Of a stretch of DNA of 64,000 nt, positions 17,529 through 26,157 are shown one piece after another (the first letter of the stretch is position 1; every line of letters begins with the position of its first letter). The DNA is taken from NCBI GenBank assembly GCA_045598045.1, contig JAZLLG010000033.1:4456-68455 (forward strand), given 5' to 3'. The notes under the pieces were generated by a model that saw nothing but the letters and a program-made list of their open reading frames with translations, did not search any database and was not told the DNA's origin. Made by a program: the position numbers and the translations under genes. Source of the stretch: Lachnospiraceae bacterium (lineage in GTDB: Bacteria; Bacillota; Clostridia; Lachnospirales; Lachnospiraceae).

Positions 17529-18098
17529 ATGAAAAAATCAATTAATAAAATTGCATATGTTATTCAAGCCTTTTTGTGCATTGTTCTTGTGTGCATCGAT
17601 CAACTTACAAAAATATATGCAAGAAACAGCCTTAATCCTGCAAACGGTGGGGAAAGCAAGAGCCTGATAAAGGGAGTCTTTTCTTTTACATATCTCGAAA
17701 ACAGAGGCTCCATTTGGGGCATATTACAGGGTAAAATTGACCTTCTGCTTATTGTTTCGGTTCTTCTTTTTGTTTTCCTTGTATATGTTTACATCCGTGT
17801 TCCGAAAGAAAAAAAGTATTTACTCCTTCTTTTTATTGACAGTGTTATGATTGCCGGAGCCATCGGAAACACGATTGACCGTATATTCTTCGGATATGTA
17901 ACGGATTTTATTTATTTTGAACTTGTTAATTTCCCGATATTCAATTTTGCTGATTGTTGTATAACCGTTGCGGCTGTTACTACAATCATTGTTATCCTCA
18001 CCAAATATAAGGATGACAACTTTGAATTTCTTGGCTTCAAAAAGAAAAAAGAAACAGAAGTCTCTACAGAAGAAGCATCTGAAGATAAAAAAGACTGA
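17529..18098 (+). CDS. lspA: lipoprotein signal peptidase (signal peptidase II)
   Basis: 189 aa with four TM segments and the motifs LENRGSIWG and FNFADCCITV. Confidence 0.85.
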   Translation: MKKSINKIAYVIQAFLCIVLVCIDQLTKIYARNSLNPANGGESKSLIKGVFSFTYLENRGSIWGILQGKIDLLLIVSVLLFVFLVYVYIRVPKEKKYLLLLFIDSVMIAGAIGNTIDRIFFGYVTDFIYFELVNFPIFNFADCCITVAAVTTIIVILTKYKDDNFEFLGFKKKKETEVSTEEASEDKKD

Positions 18099-19018
18099 TG
18101 GATAAGGCATTAATCACAATTGATGAAGAATTTGCCGATGAAAGGCTGGATAAAGTTCTGGCAGCTTCCATTGACAGACTTTCCAGAACCGCTATTCAAA
18201 AACTAATTGATGGCGGTTTTATTTCTGTTAACGGTAAAATTCCCAAACCAAGCTACAGAGTATCGGATGGAGAAATTGTATCCGTTGAATTTCCTGAAAA
18301 CGAAGAACCGGATATTGTTGCCGAAGATATCCCTCTTGATATTTTATACGAAGATAATGATGTACTTATCGTAAATAAACCTAAGGATATGGTTGTTCAT
18401 CCTGCAGCAGGCCATTACAGCGGAACACTTGTCAATGCGATTATGTATCATTGCAAAGATTCTCTTTCGGGTATAAACGGTGTTTTGAGACCGGGAATCG
18501 TTCATCGCATTGATAAAGACACAACAGGGGCACTTATTGTATGTAAAAACGATATTGCCCATCAGTTTATTTCCGATCAGCTGAAGGTTCATTCGATTAC
18601 AAGAGCATATGTAGCTATCGCAAAAGGCTCATTTAAGAACCTCGAAGGCAGGATCGAGGCTCCGATAGGTCGTAGTCCCGAAGACAGGCTGAAAATGGCT
18701 GTTAATTACAAAAACGGCAAAGAGGCAATTACAAATTATAAAGTACTGGATGAGTTGAACGGTCGTTATTCATATATTGAATGCAGACTTGAAACCGGAA
18801 GAACTCATCAGATTCGTGTTCATATGTCATCCTTGAATCATCCGCTGCTTGGAGATGAGCTTTATGGTGGTTTGGAAAAAGGACTTAACTTGCAGGGGCA
18901 ATGTCTTCATGCCAGAGACATTGGATTTATTCATCCGACAACGCATGAATATGTCGAGTTTTCAGCGCCAATTCCCGATTATTTCAACAAACTATTATTG
19001 AGGTTTAAAAACAAATGA
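18098..19018 (+). CDS. rluD: RluA-family 23S rRNA pseudouridine synthase (RluD-like)
   Basis: 306 aa with an N-terminal S4 domain and the catalytic motif HRIDKDTTGALIV, plus GRTHQIRVH. TGATG overlap with lspA. Confidence 0.9.
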   Translation: MDKALITIDEEFADERLDKVLAASIDRLSRTAIQKLIDGGFISVNGKIPKPSYRVSDGEIVSVEFPENEEPDIVAEDIPLDILYEDNDVLIVNKPKDMVVHPAAGHYSGTLVNAIMYHCKDSLSGINGVLRPGIVHRIDKDTTGALIVCKNDIAHQFISDQLKVHSITRAYVAIAKGSFKNLEGRIEAPIGRSPEDRLKMAVNYKNGKEAITNYKVLDELNGRYSYIECRLETGRTHQIRVHMSSLNHPLLGDELYGGLEKGLNLQGQCLHARDIGFIHPTTHEYVEFSAPIPDYFNKLLLRFKNK

Positions 19019-20238
19019 AAAGAAATATGATAGAAGACCTCAAAATATGGGGAGAAACAGCTGAAAATCCATTTTTTCTTTACGGATTACACGGTGTGGG
19101 AAAAACGTACCTTGTTAATTCATACGTAAACAATTTTTCAACTTCATTTATTTATTTTAAAACGGAAGAGTCCGATTACTACAAAGCATTTATTGAAGGT
19201 GATGCGCCGCTTGACTTTGTGGCAGAGCATTTTGGTCTTAATAATGATTCATTAAAAAATGAGATTGTAATTTTTGATGATACGGAAAATTACGTAAAAA
19301 CAGCCTCAAAGCTTATTCGCTTCGCCATAATCAATAAATGTAAGTGGATTTTTATTTCGGATTATGACTATTTAAGAAATACGACATCGGGACTTACCAA
19401 AAAACAGCTTTTCCCGGTTCAGTTTGATGAATTTCTTGTGGCAGTGGGAAGCGAATGGTATGTAGAAGCGATAAAAGGACATTTTGAAAGCCGCAAAAAG
19501 CTTCCTGATATTGTTCACAATGAGCTTTTATCCGATTTTGAAGAATACATTTGGGTTGGTGGAATGCCTGAAGTTCTTTCAAATTATGTCGAAACACGTT
19601 CATCGATTAATGTAACCGGACTGCAAAAAAGAAATAAAAAGCTTTCTTTGAGTCTGGATTTTGCGGAAGATAATCGTAAAGTAAAGTGCGATCAGGTGCT
19701 TTCATGCCTGGGCGAACAGCTTTACAAAGATAATCAGAAATTTATGTTCAACGTTATTCGAAACGGAGTAACATATAACATGTATGCCGATACACTTGAT
19801 TATCTTGAAGGAAGAGGATTAATTATCAGGCAAAATGAATATTCATCCAAAAAGAAATTTAAATTGTTTTATCCTGAATTTTCATTTATTTCTTCTTCAA
19901 GACATGATGAAATTACAGATGTAGAATATAATTTGCGTATCCAAAATTATGTTCTACAGACGTTGAAACAAAAAGGCATAGAATGTTGCTTTTGGGAATC
20001 CGGGAACAGAGCGGACCTGGATTTTGTCATTCGAACAATTGACACACAATTTCCTGTAGATTTTGGATTTTCATCCAAAAACAATTCAAAATCAGTTTCG
20101 TCATTTACTAAAAAAACAGGAGCGGAGTTTTCGCTTGTAATCAGTGATTCCAACTATTTTACTGAGGTTGGACGTTATTCTGTACCGGTTTATTCTCTGT
20201 TCTGTTTTGACGTGGAAGATGCGACTAAAAAAATCTGA
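19015..20238 (+). CDS. AAA ATPase with DUF4143-like C-terminal region
   Basis: 407 aa with Walker A GLHGVGKT and Walker B-like IVIFDD. The C-terminal ADLDFVI segment resembles the nuclease-fold part of AAA_14/DUF4143 proteins. The ATG overlaps the rluD stop (ATGA). Confidence 0.65.
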   Translation: MKRNMIEDLKIWGETAENPFFLYGLHGVGKTYLVNSYVNNFSTSFIYFKTEESDYYKAFIEGDAPLDFVAEHFGLNNDSLKNEIVIFDDTENYVKTASKLIRFAIINKCKWIFISDYDYLRNTTSGLTKKQLFPVQFDEFLVAVGSEWYVEAIKGHFESRKKLPDIVHNELLSDFEEYIWVGGMPEVLSNYVETRSSINVTGLQKRNKKLSLSLDFAEDNRKVKCDQVLSCLGEQLYKDNQKFMFNVIRNGVTYNMYADTLDYLEGRGLIIRQNEYSSKKKFKLFYPEFSFISSSRHDEITDVEYNLRIQNYVLQTLKQKGIECCFWESGNRADLDFVIRTIDTQFPVDFGFSSKNNSKSVSSFTKKTGAEFSLVISDSNYFTEVGRYSVPVYSLFCFDVEDATKKI

Positions 20239-20246
20239 AAATTTGT

Positions 20247-20287
20247 AATGTCAAGTCTTGACATTCATATTTCTACCGTGATAGAAT
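20247..20287 (+). promoter_or_regulatory. promoter with overlapping perfect palindrome (candidate operator) upstream of the BlaI-family gene
   Basis: The palindrome aatgtcaag-t-cttgacatt (20247-20265) is a 9+1+9 perfect inverted repeat that contains TTGACA (20258-20263). After an 18-nt spacer comes TGaTAGAAT, with the -10 hexamer at 20282-20287. Confidence 0.45.
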
Positions 20288-20340
20288 TATCTCGCTTTTT
20301 CGACTACGAAGGTAGATAAAAATGTTTCCGGGGTTATGCT

Positions 20341-20718
20341 ATGAGTGAAGAAATCCGTTTACATGAAGGTGAACTTAATGTCATGGAACTTCTCTGGTCA
20401 AACAGAGAATTGGCAGCCAAAGATATAGCTGCAATCATCAAAGAGTACATTGGCTGGGAGAAAAATACCACATATACAGTAATTAATCGACTTATCGATA
20501 AAGGTGCCATAAAGAGAGAAGAGCCCGGTTTCCTTTGCAGTGCGCTTATTTCAAAGCGTACGGTTCAGGACATAGAGACTCAGGCTCTTTTTGACAAGGT
20601 ATATAACGGTTCAATCAGCAATTTCTTTAATGAATATCTTAAAACTAAGCAGCTTAAGCCTGCTGAAATTATTGAACTTGAGAAAGTCCTTGCGGAGCAG
20701 AAATCTTTCAGATATTAA
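20341..20718 (+). CDS. BlaI/MecI/CopY-family winged-helix transcriptional repressor
   Basis: 125 aa. The N-terminal pattern is LHEGELNVMELLWSNRELAAKDIAAII..W..TTYTVINRLIDKGAIKRE. No BlaR1/M56 sensor gene is adjacent. Confidence 0.8.
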   Translation: MSEEIRLHEGELNVMELLWSNRELAAKDIAAIIKEYIGWEKNTTYTVINRLIDKGAIKREEPGFLCSALISKRTVQDIETQALFDKVYNGSISNFFNEYLKTKQLKPAEIIELEKVLAEQKSFRY

Positions 20719-20725
20719 CATTAGT

Positions 20726-20752
20726 GCTTGTCCTTTGTGACAAGCTTTTTTT
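20726..20752 (+). terminator. rho-independent terminator after the BlaI-family gene
   Basis: The hairpin gcttgtc-ctttgt-gacaagc is followed by TTTTTTT. Confidence 0.75.
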
Positions 20753-20773
20753 ATAATGTTTATAGTTATTTTT

Positions 20774-20802
20774 TTGACATTCGATTGTGTAAATTATAAA
20801 AT
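20774..20802 (+). promoter_or_regulatory. sigma-A type promoter for the GGDEF-EAL gene
   Basis: TTGACA (20774-20779), a 17-nt spacer, then TAAAAT (20797-20802). Confidence 0.5.
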
Positions 20803-20847
20803 AAGAAGATGAAATAATAAAACAATTCTTGAAAAGCAGGTATATAA

Positions 20848-22794
20848 ATGACCTATTATGATTTTCAATTATTTCTTTTAGCTCTCGGTGGTGCTATGTG
20901 TTTGCTTATAGCACTGTTTTCTTTGCTTATTGAATTCAAATCCAAAACAAGAAAGGCTTCACTTTTTGTAATTGAATTTTCCACATCTGTATTGCTGTTT
21001 GCAGACAGAGTTGCTTATATATATCGTGGAAACACTTCTGTCAGAGGTCATTTTGCTGTCAGAGTTTCTAATTTCCTCACATTCTTCCTTGTTTATGTTT
21101 TACTGGTTGGTCTTAATATGTTCATACGAACATACGCTCATAGTAAAAAAGAAAAGAAGAGAACAGACTTCAGACTCCTGAATTATATTTCTTATGTCGG
21201 AATGTTGATGCTTATTATTTCACAGTTTACCGGATGGTATTATTACTTTGATGAAAACAATAAGTATACGCGAGGAAATCTCTTTGTTATATCATTCCTT
21301 ATGCCTCTTATCATTATTGGTCTTACGTTTATAACTATTTTAAGGATACGTAAGCACCTTCCTAAGCTGATTTTTATTTCATCAATCGTTTATTCCGTAT
21401 TGCCTCTGACTGGAGCCATAATACAGGTTTTCCTTTATGGTACGTCATTGTTCAACTTACTTATCTGTGTTGCGGCAATCACTCTTTTCGCGCTTGTTCT
21501 TTTGGATCAGAATGCTTTCTTAAGATTAACGGCTACGACAGATAAGCTTACGGGTGTCTATAATTCCTACGGTTTCCGAAACGAAGTTGAAAGAATCTGT
21601 AATGAAAAAAGAAGTATTTACTACGATGCCTTTTATTTTGATATTGTTCGAATGGGTGTTATTAACAGTAAGTACGGAAACAGCGTAGGAGATTTTGTTC
21701 TTAAGAAATACGTTCACATTATTAAGAAAAAAATGCAAAAGGATGAGGTGCTTGGGCGTCTCGGCGGAGATTTCTTTATTGCCCTCGTTAAGAAAGAAAA
21801 TTCAGATGCATTTCTTGAGCTTCTTTCAAGCGTTGAAATACCTCTTGAAGAAGTAGGAAGAAAGAATATTAAGCTTTCGGCAATAGCCGGTATCTATCAT
21901 GTTGATGAGGATTCAACAACAGCGGATCAGATTATCGCTTATGTTTCAACAGCAGCCAATTTTGCGAAAAACATTAAGAAAAAGCCTTATTTCGTTTTGA
22001 CAAAAGAAATGATTCAGGAACTGGACAATCAGGGGCAACTTATTGAAAATCTTCCTGAATATATGGATAATCGTGAATTTGTTCCATTTTATCAGCCAAA
22101 GGTAAATCTTGAAACAAATAAGCTTTGCGGAGCGGAAGCGCTTTGCAGATGGTTCCATGACGGATGCTTTGTTCCTCCTTATAAGTTTATTCCTCTTTTT
22201 GAAGAAAGCGACAATATTTGTTCATTCGATTTTTACATGCTCAACAGAGTATGCGAAGACATAAAGCGTTGGCTGGATGAAGGCCTTAGTGTTCCGGTAA
22301 TATCCGTCAATTTCTCTCGTAAAAACCTTGGGAATCCGATTCTTGCCGAAGAAATCCAGAACGTTGTCAAGAGCTATGGAATTCCTCTTGAACTTGTGCA
22401 GATTGAAATTACCGAAACAATTGACGAATATCCTTTTGAATATCTGAAGGGTGTTGTAGAAGCTTTACAAAGATACGGTCTTTCGGCTGCAATCGATGAT
22501 TTCGGTGTAGGAAGCTCGTCCATCAGACTTTTGAAAGATGTTCCTTTTGATGTACTTAAAATTGATAAGTCTTTTGTTGATTCACTTACAGATAAAGACT
22601 GTACATTCCTTAAACATATTATCGGAATGGCAGAAGAGGCCGGTGCAAGCGTAATTGCGGAAGGCGTAGAGAAAGAAGAGCAGATTAATGTACTTAAGAA
22701 TCTTGGATGTCATGAAATTCAAGGCTATTACTTTGATAAACCTCTTCAGAAAGAAGATTTTAAAGCAAGACTTGCAGAACCTGAATATAAATAA
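20848..22794 (+). CDS. membrane-bound GGDEF-EAL protein (degenerate GGDEF, intact EAL; predicted c-di-GMP phosphodiesterase)
   Basis: 648 aa with about 6-7 N-terminal TM segments. The GGDEF site reads GGDFF (nt 21763-21777). The EAL set is complete: EALCRW, VNFS, EITE, DDFG, KIDKSF, AEGVE and QGYYF. Confidence 0.9.
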   Translation: MTYYDFQLFLLALGGAMCLLIALFSLLIEFKSKTRKASLFVIEFSTSVLLFADRVAYIYRGNTSVRGHFAVRVSNFLTFFLVYVLLVGLNMFIRTYAHSKKEKKRTDFRLLNYISYVGMLMLIISQFTGWYYYFDENNKYTRGNLFVISFLMPLIIIGLTFITILRIRKHLPKLIFISSIVYSVLPLTGAIIQVFLYGTSLFNLLICVAAITLFALVLLDQNAFLRLTATTDKLTGVYNSYGFRNEVERICNEKRSIYYDAFYFDIVRMGVINSKYGNSVGDFVLKKYVHIIKKKMQKDEVLGRLGGDFFIALVKKENSDAFLELLSSVEIPLEEVGRKNIKLSAIAGIYHVDEDSTTADQIIAYVSTAANFAKNIKKKPYFVLTKEMIQELDNQGQLIENLPEYMDNREFVPFYQPKVNLETNKLCGAEALCRWFHDGCFVPPYKFIPLFEESDNICSFDFYMLNRVCEDIKRWLDEGLSVPVISVNFSRKNLGNPILAEEIQNVVKSYGIPLELVQIEITETIDEYPFEYLKGVVEALQRYGLSAAIDDFGVGSSSIRLLKDVPFDVLKIDKSFVDSLTDKDCTFLKHIIGMAEEAGASVIAEGVEKEEQINVLKNLGCHEIQGYYFDKPLQKEDFKARLAEPEYK

Positions 22795-22797
22795 GAT

Positions 22798-23871
22798 TTA
22801 TTTATTATCCTTTTCACGTAAAGTAACGGCGTCCTTTGCAGAGCGACGCCGTTCTTCTTCGATAGCGGCATAATGTTTTTTTGTGGTATTGACGTCTTTA
22901 TGGCCGAGTACGTCGGCAACAAGATAGATGTCACCTGTTTCGGAATATAATTGTGTACCATAAGTACTCCTCAGTTTATGAGGAGTGATTTTTTTTGAAG
23001 AAACAGAAATTTTGGCATACTTTTTTACAAGAATTTCAATGTTTCGTACTGACATTCGACATTTGTGAGAGGAGAGAAAGAGAGCGTTTTCGCTTCCTTC
23101 GGCGGGAATTATCAACCTGCGCTCCTCAAGGTAGTCGGATAAAGCAGAACGTACTTCTGTACCGAAATAAACAAATGATTCGTTGCCGCCTTTACGAACG
23201 ATATTTATGCGATCGTTGTCAAAATCAACATCGTTTATATCAAGACCTACACATTCGGAAACACGGATTCCGGTACCAAGAAGAAGAGTTGTTATGGCAA
23301 GATCGCGGACTTTGGTTTTTTCGTGAAACGCATATTGGTTTTTCGAAAGATTGCTCCCGGATTCAACAGTATCAAGAAATTCAGCAACTTCATTCGGATC
23401 CATACGAATGATATTTTTCTCGTGAATTTTAGGCATTCTGACCTGAAGCGTAGGATTTTCGTTAATGATACGATGACTGTGAAAATAATTGTACATTGAA
23501 CGAATGGACGAAAGTTTACGCTTAATTCCGGCTTCGGAATTGGTATATTTTTTGCCGTCCGGTTTTTCGTAATATTGAAGGAAATCAAGGTATTCTTCAA
23601 AATCGGAAGCTGTTAATTTTTCAAGCATCGAAACATCGGACATTGAATAATATTCTTTGTCATCCATATTTTTGTATATCGGATTATGTGTTCGCATATA
23701 ATCAAAAAATACTTTCAAATCGGTTGCATATGCAATACGTGTCCTTGGCTGTGATGTTTGTTCAATGCCACGGAAAAACTGTTTAACAAAGGCAGGCATT
23801 TTTTCCAAAAGCTCACGAAGCTTTATAGTATTTTTGATTTTCTGTTGTTCGGCGTATGTATGATTAGCCAT
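22798..23871 (-). CDS. tyrosine site-specific recombinase (XerC/XerD-like)
   Basis: The catalytic residues are present: TGIRVSE (R), HKLRSTYG (HxxR) and LGHKDVNTTKKHY (H..Y). An N-terminal SAM-like core-binding domain is present. I place the start at the ATG at 23871 (MANHTY) after GAAAGG. The track start is 23886. Confidence 0.85.
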   Translation of the reverse strand: MANHTYAEQQKIKNTIKLRELLEKMPAFVKQFFRGIEQTSQPRTRIAYATDLKVFFDYMRTHNPIYKNMDDKEYYSMSDVSMLEKLTASDFEEYLDFLQYYEKPDGKKYTNSEAGIKRKLSSIRSMYNYFHSHRIINENPTLQVRMPKIHEKNIIRMDPNEVAEFLDTVESGSNLSKNQYAFHEKTKVRDLAITTLLLGTGIRVSECVGLDINDVDFDNDRINIVRKGGNESFVYFGTEVRSALSDYLEERRLIIPAEGSENALFLSSHKCRMSVRNIEILVKKYAKISVSSKKITPHKLRSTYGTQLYSETGDIYLVADVLGHKDVNTTKKHYAAIEEERRRSAKDAVTLREKDNK

Positions 23872-24000
23872 AAAGCAACCTTTCAAAGCATTTTTTTGTT
23901 GTTTTTCTCTGTAAGAGAGTGGGTTATTTACAATATATTATTTCGCTAAACGCGAGTTTTACGAAATAATACGCATAAATTTATTACAAGAGAGTGGTTT

Positions 24001-26022
24001 CTATCGTTTTGCCGGAAATTCATTAAAAAGCTGCTTACATGTATCATAAATTACCTGAGCGGCTTTTTTCTGATAAGTTTCATTTACCAGTTTGTTATAA
24101 TCGCTTTCGTTTGACATAAATCCAAGTTCAATCAAAACCGCAGGAACTTTATTATATTTTACAACATAGAAATCACTTGATGTTATACCGCGGTTTCTTA
24201 GGCCAAGTTCAGCCGATAAATTGTTTACAAGCTTTTCTGCGATGTCCTGGCTCATAATGCCTGTGGACTGCAATTTATTGTTGGCTTTTGAATAATATAC
24301 CTCACAACCATTCGGCTGGCTGCTGTTATTTGAATTCATATGAAGACTTATGAAAAAGTCGGCGCAAACATCATCTGCAAAAACCGCACGATCCTCAAGA
24401 CTTATAAGAACATCTGTTGTACGCGTCAAATATACTTTTATGTCTGTTTTATCGAAAATGTCTTTGCAGAATTTGTTCGTAATCTTGAAATTCAATTCTT
24501 TTTCGGTTGTTCCGTGCGCTGATGCTCCGGGGTCATAACCGCCGTGACCAGGATCAAGAAGAACAATTTTATCATAAATTTCATTAGGCCTTGCCACACG
24601 CAAAATAAGGTGATTCTGAGCCGTTTCATATGTGTAGGCAACAATTAGCCTTGTGTCGAATGAAACGTCCGTATAACCCGTATTTTCGTTGTATTTGAGC
24701 ACATATCCTTCAACCATTGAATAAGGATTGTTTATGCCTTTTTCTTTAATGTAATCAACGCAGTTTCCGGGAATTTTTATGACAAAATTGTAGTTTAAGT
24801 AATTATCCGTGTCCTTTATTTCAGAAAGCTCGATACCCTGAGGCAAAGGAATCAACAGTCTGTCATCGGGAAGAGTATCTTCGAAATTTTCATAGGAGCC
24901 CTCTCCCACGGGTGCTTTTGTAATCGCAGGAGTTATCTGAACCTGTGACTGCTTGCTTTGCTCGGAAAGCCGGTATCCGTTATCTCTTGCTGCATTTCCT
25001 GGAAAAGTAATATGTATTGATACATAGTCTGGGTTCAGATCGTAAACGTAATATGTGCTGTCCGGATCGACGTAAGTGATGATTCGTGTTGTATTCATGT
25101 CTCCGGATACAAGACAATAATTTAAATAACTGTTTTCATCAGTTTCGGAAATATATATTCTGTCTCCGCATAAATTTCCGACACCGTAAAGATTAATCAA
25201 AAGCATATTACCGTCAAGAAAAACGGATACATCGGGCGCATCTATTCCGAAGAGAACGATAGCATCCGAATTGTCCAAAGCATACCCCGATACTTCCGTA
25301 AGATATGATTTGCCGCTTTGACGCATACGTGCGTCTTCGAGTATGCTTTCGTAGTCAGAAGCCATGGGAAAACTGAATATTTCATTAGCGGGAATATTAA
25401 CGTTTGTACTTCCGACAGATTTGGTATTACTGAGTTTTGAAAGAAACAGGTTCCTTTCGTAGCTTCCTGTATAATCAACTTCCCATATTGTATATGATTT
25501 TGTGTAAAAATCATAGGAAAACTCAAAGCCCAAAGCGTTTAAGCAGAATTCAAGCGGCACACAGGCATATGCAACGTCAGTAGCTCTGTTTGTAACAAGA
25601 ATTGCCGGTGCATCCATGATGATTTTCTTCTCGTTAACATAGGCTATATCTGAATCCAGAGACATATTGATGCTTATATTGCCTTTTTTTAAAATTACTC
25701 GTCCGTCTGTCTGACTGTATGTACATCCGATTGCTTCAAAAAGCTTTTTTGCTCGAACCATCATGGCTCCACGGTATGTGAAAATCGGTAAAGCACCGAA
25801 ATCAATATAATTGCCGTTAAAAAAAGCACCGTAAGTATCGCCGGAATAAGTATAATTTCGGTTGGAAATTTTGAGATCGTATTCCGGACGTATATCATTC
25901 TCACCTTCAGCAAATGCAGTCTTTTCCGAAGAATAAAAACAGCTGAATACGGATGACAACAAAAGACTTATAATAACCGATATATTGAAAATTATTCTTT
26001 TTGCTTTTCTAAGTTTATCCAT
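24001..26022 (-). CDS. secreted N-acetylmuramoyl-L-alanine amidase (Amidase_3) with N-terminal stalk-like and central beta-rich domains
   Basis: 673 aa with a signal or anchor segment. The N-terminal region resembles a copper-amine-oxidase-like domain. The C-terminal catalytic motifs are LLDPGHGGYDPGA, ISLHMNS and ELGFMSN. Confidence 0.8.
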   Translation of the reverse strand: MDKLRKAKRIIFNISVIISLLLSSVFSCFYSSEKTAFAEGENDIRPEYDLKISNRNYTYSGDTYGAFFNGNYIDFGALPIFTYRGAMMVRAKKLFEAIGCTYSQTDGRVILKKGNISINMSLDSDIAYVNEKKIIMDAPAILVTNRATDVAYACVPLEFCLNALGFEFSYDFYTKSYTIWEVDYTGSYERNLFLSKLSNTKSVGSTNVNIPANEIFSFPMASDYESILEDARMRQSGKSYLTEVSGYALDNSDAIVLFGIDAPDVSVFLDGNMLLINLYGVGNLCGDRIYISETDENSYLNYCLVSGDMNTTRIITYVDPDSTYYVYDLNPDYVSIHITFPGNAARDNGYRLSEQSKQSQVQITPAITKAPVGEGSYENFEDTLPDDRLLIPLPQGIELSEIKDTDNYLNYNFVIKIPGNCVDYIKEKGINNPYSMVEGYVLKYNENTGYTDVSFDTRLIVAYTYETAQNHLILRVARPNEIYDKIVLLDPGHGGYDPGASAHGTTEKELNFKITNKFCKDIFDKTDIKVYLTRTTDVLISLEDRAVFADDVCADFFISLHMNSNNSSQPNGCEVYYSKANNKLQSTGIMSQDIAEKLVNNLSAELGLRNRGITSSDFYVVKYNKVPAVLIELGFMSNESDYNKLVNETYQKKAAQVIYDTCKQLFNEFPAKR

Positions 26023-26121
26023 CTGTTCCTGCCTCTTATTACCCCAAAATTATCATACAAAAAACGGAATAAAAATCAATAAAAAAATACTAAACAGCAT
26101 AGCCTGAAAGCGTTACGGTAC

Positions 26122-26150
26122 TTGCGTTTTGCCGTGTCAGGTAGTATAAT
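26122..26150 (+). promoter_or_regulatory. sigma-A type promoter placing the TSS at the ttcA start codon
   Basis: TTGCGT (26122-26127), a 17-nt spacer, then TATAAT (26145-26150). The ATG at 26158 begins 7 nt after the -10 element, and no Shine-Dalgarno sequence lies between them (cacccgc). Confidence 0.55.
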
Positions 26151-26157
26151 CACCCGC

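Noticed and set aside
20247-20265. The palindrome after the AAA ATPase gene read as a transcription terminator.
   Set aside because: As RNA it would leave a 1-3-nt loop, and it is not followed by a U-tract. It overlaps a good -35 box, so an operator or promoter role is more plausible.
23926-23946. An AT-rich stretch, atttacaatatattatttcgc, next to xer that superficially resembles the XerD arm and central region of Firmicute dif.
   Set aside because: Aligned from memory to the B. subtilis dif sequence (ACTTCCTAGAATATATATTATGTAAACT), it matches only about 7 of 11 positions in the XerD arm, requires a 2-nt gap, and has no XerC arm. That is insufficient to call a dif site.
23913-23997. A 10-bp direct repeat, aagagagtgg (23913-23922 and 23988-23997), flanking a 10-bp-arm inverted repeat (23936-23945 and 23962-23971) upstream of xer.
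   Set aside because: Several 10-mer repeats within 100 bp are expected by chance in 64 kb. The inverted repeat is AT-only and is probably a weak terminator for the amidase gene. There is no supporting context for a recombination site.
19015-26022. The idea that the AAA ATPase, BlaI-family gene, GGDEF-EAL gene, tyrosine recombinase and amidase form an integrated mobile element or prophage remnant.
   Set aside because: There are no phage structural, replication or excisionase genes. There is no tRNA or evident att-type direct repeat at the borders. The composition looks like the surrounding DNA. The amidase has a signal peptide and host-type domain architecture. The recombinase looks like a chromosomal Xer type.
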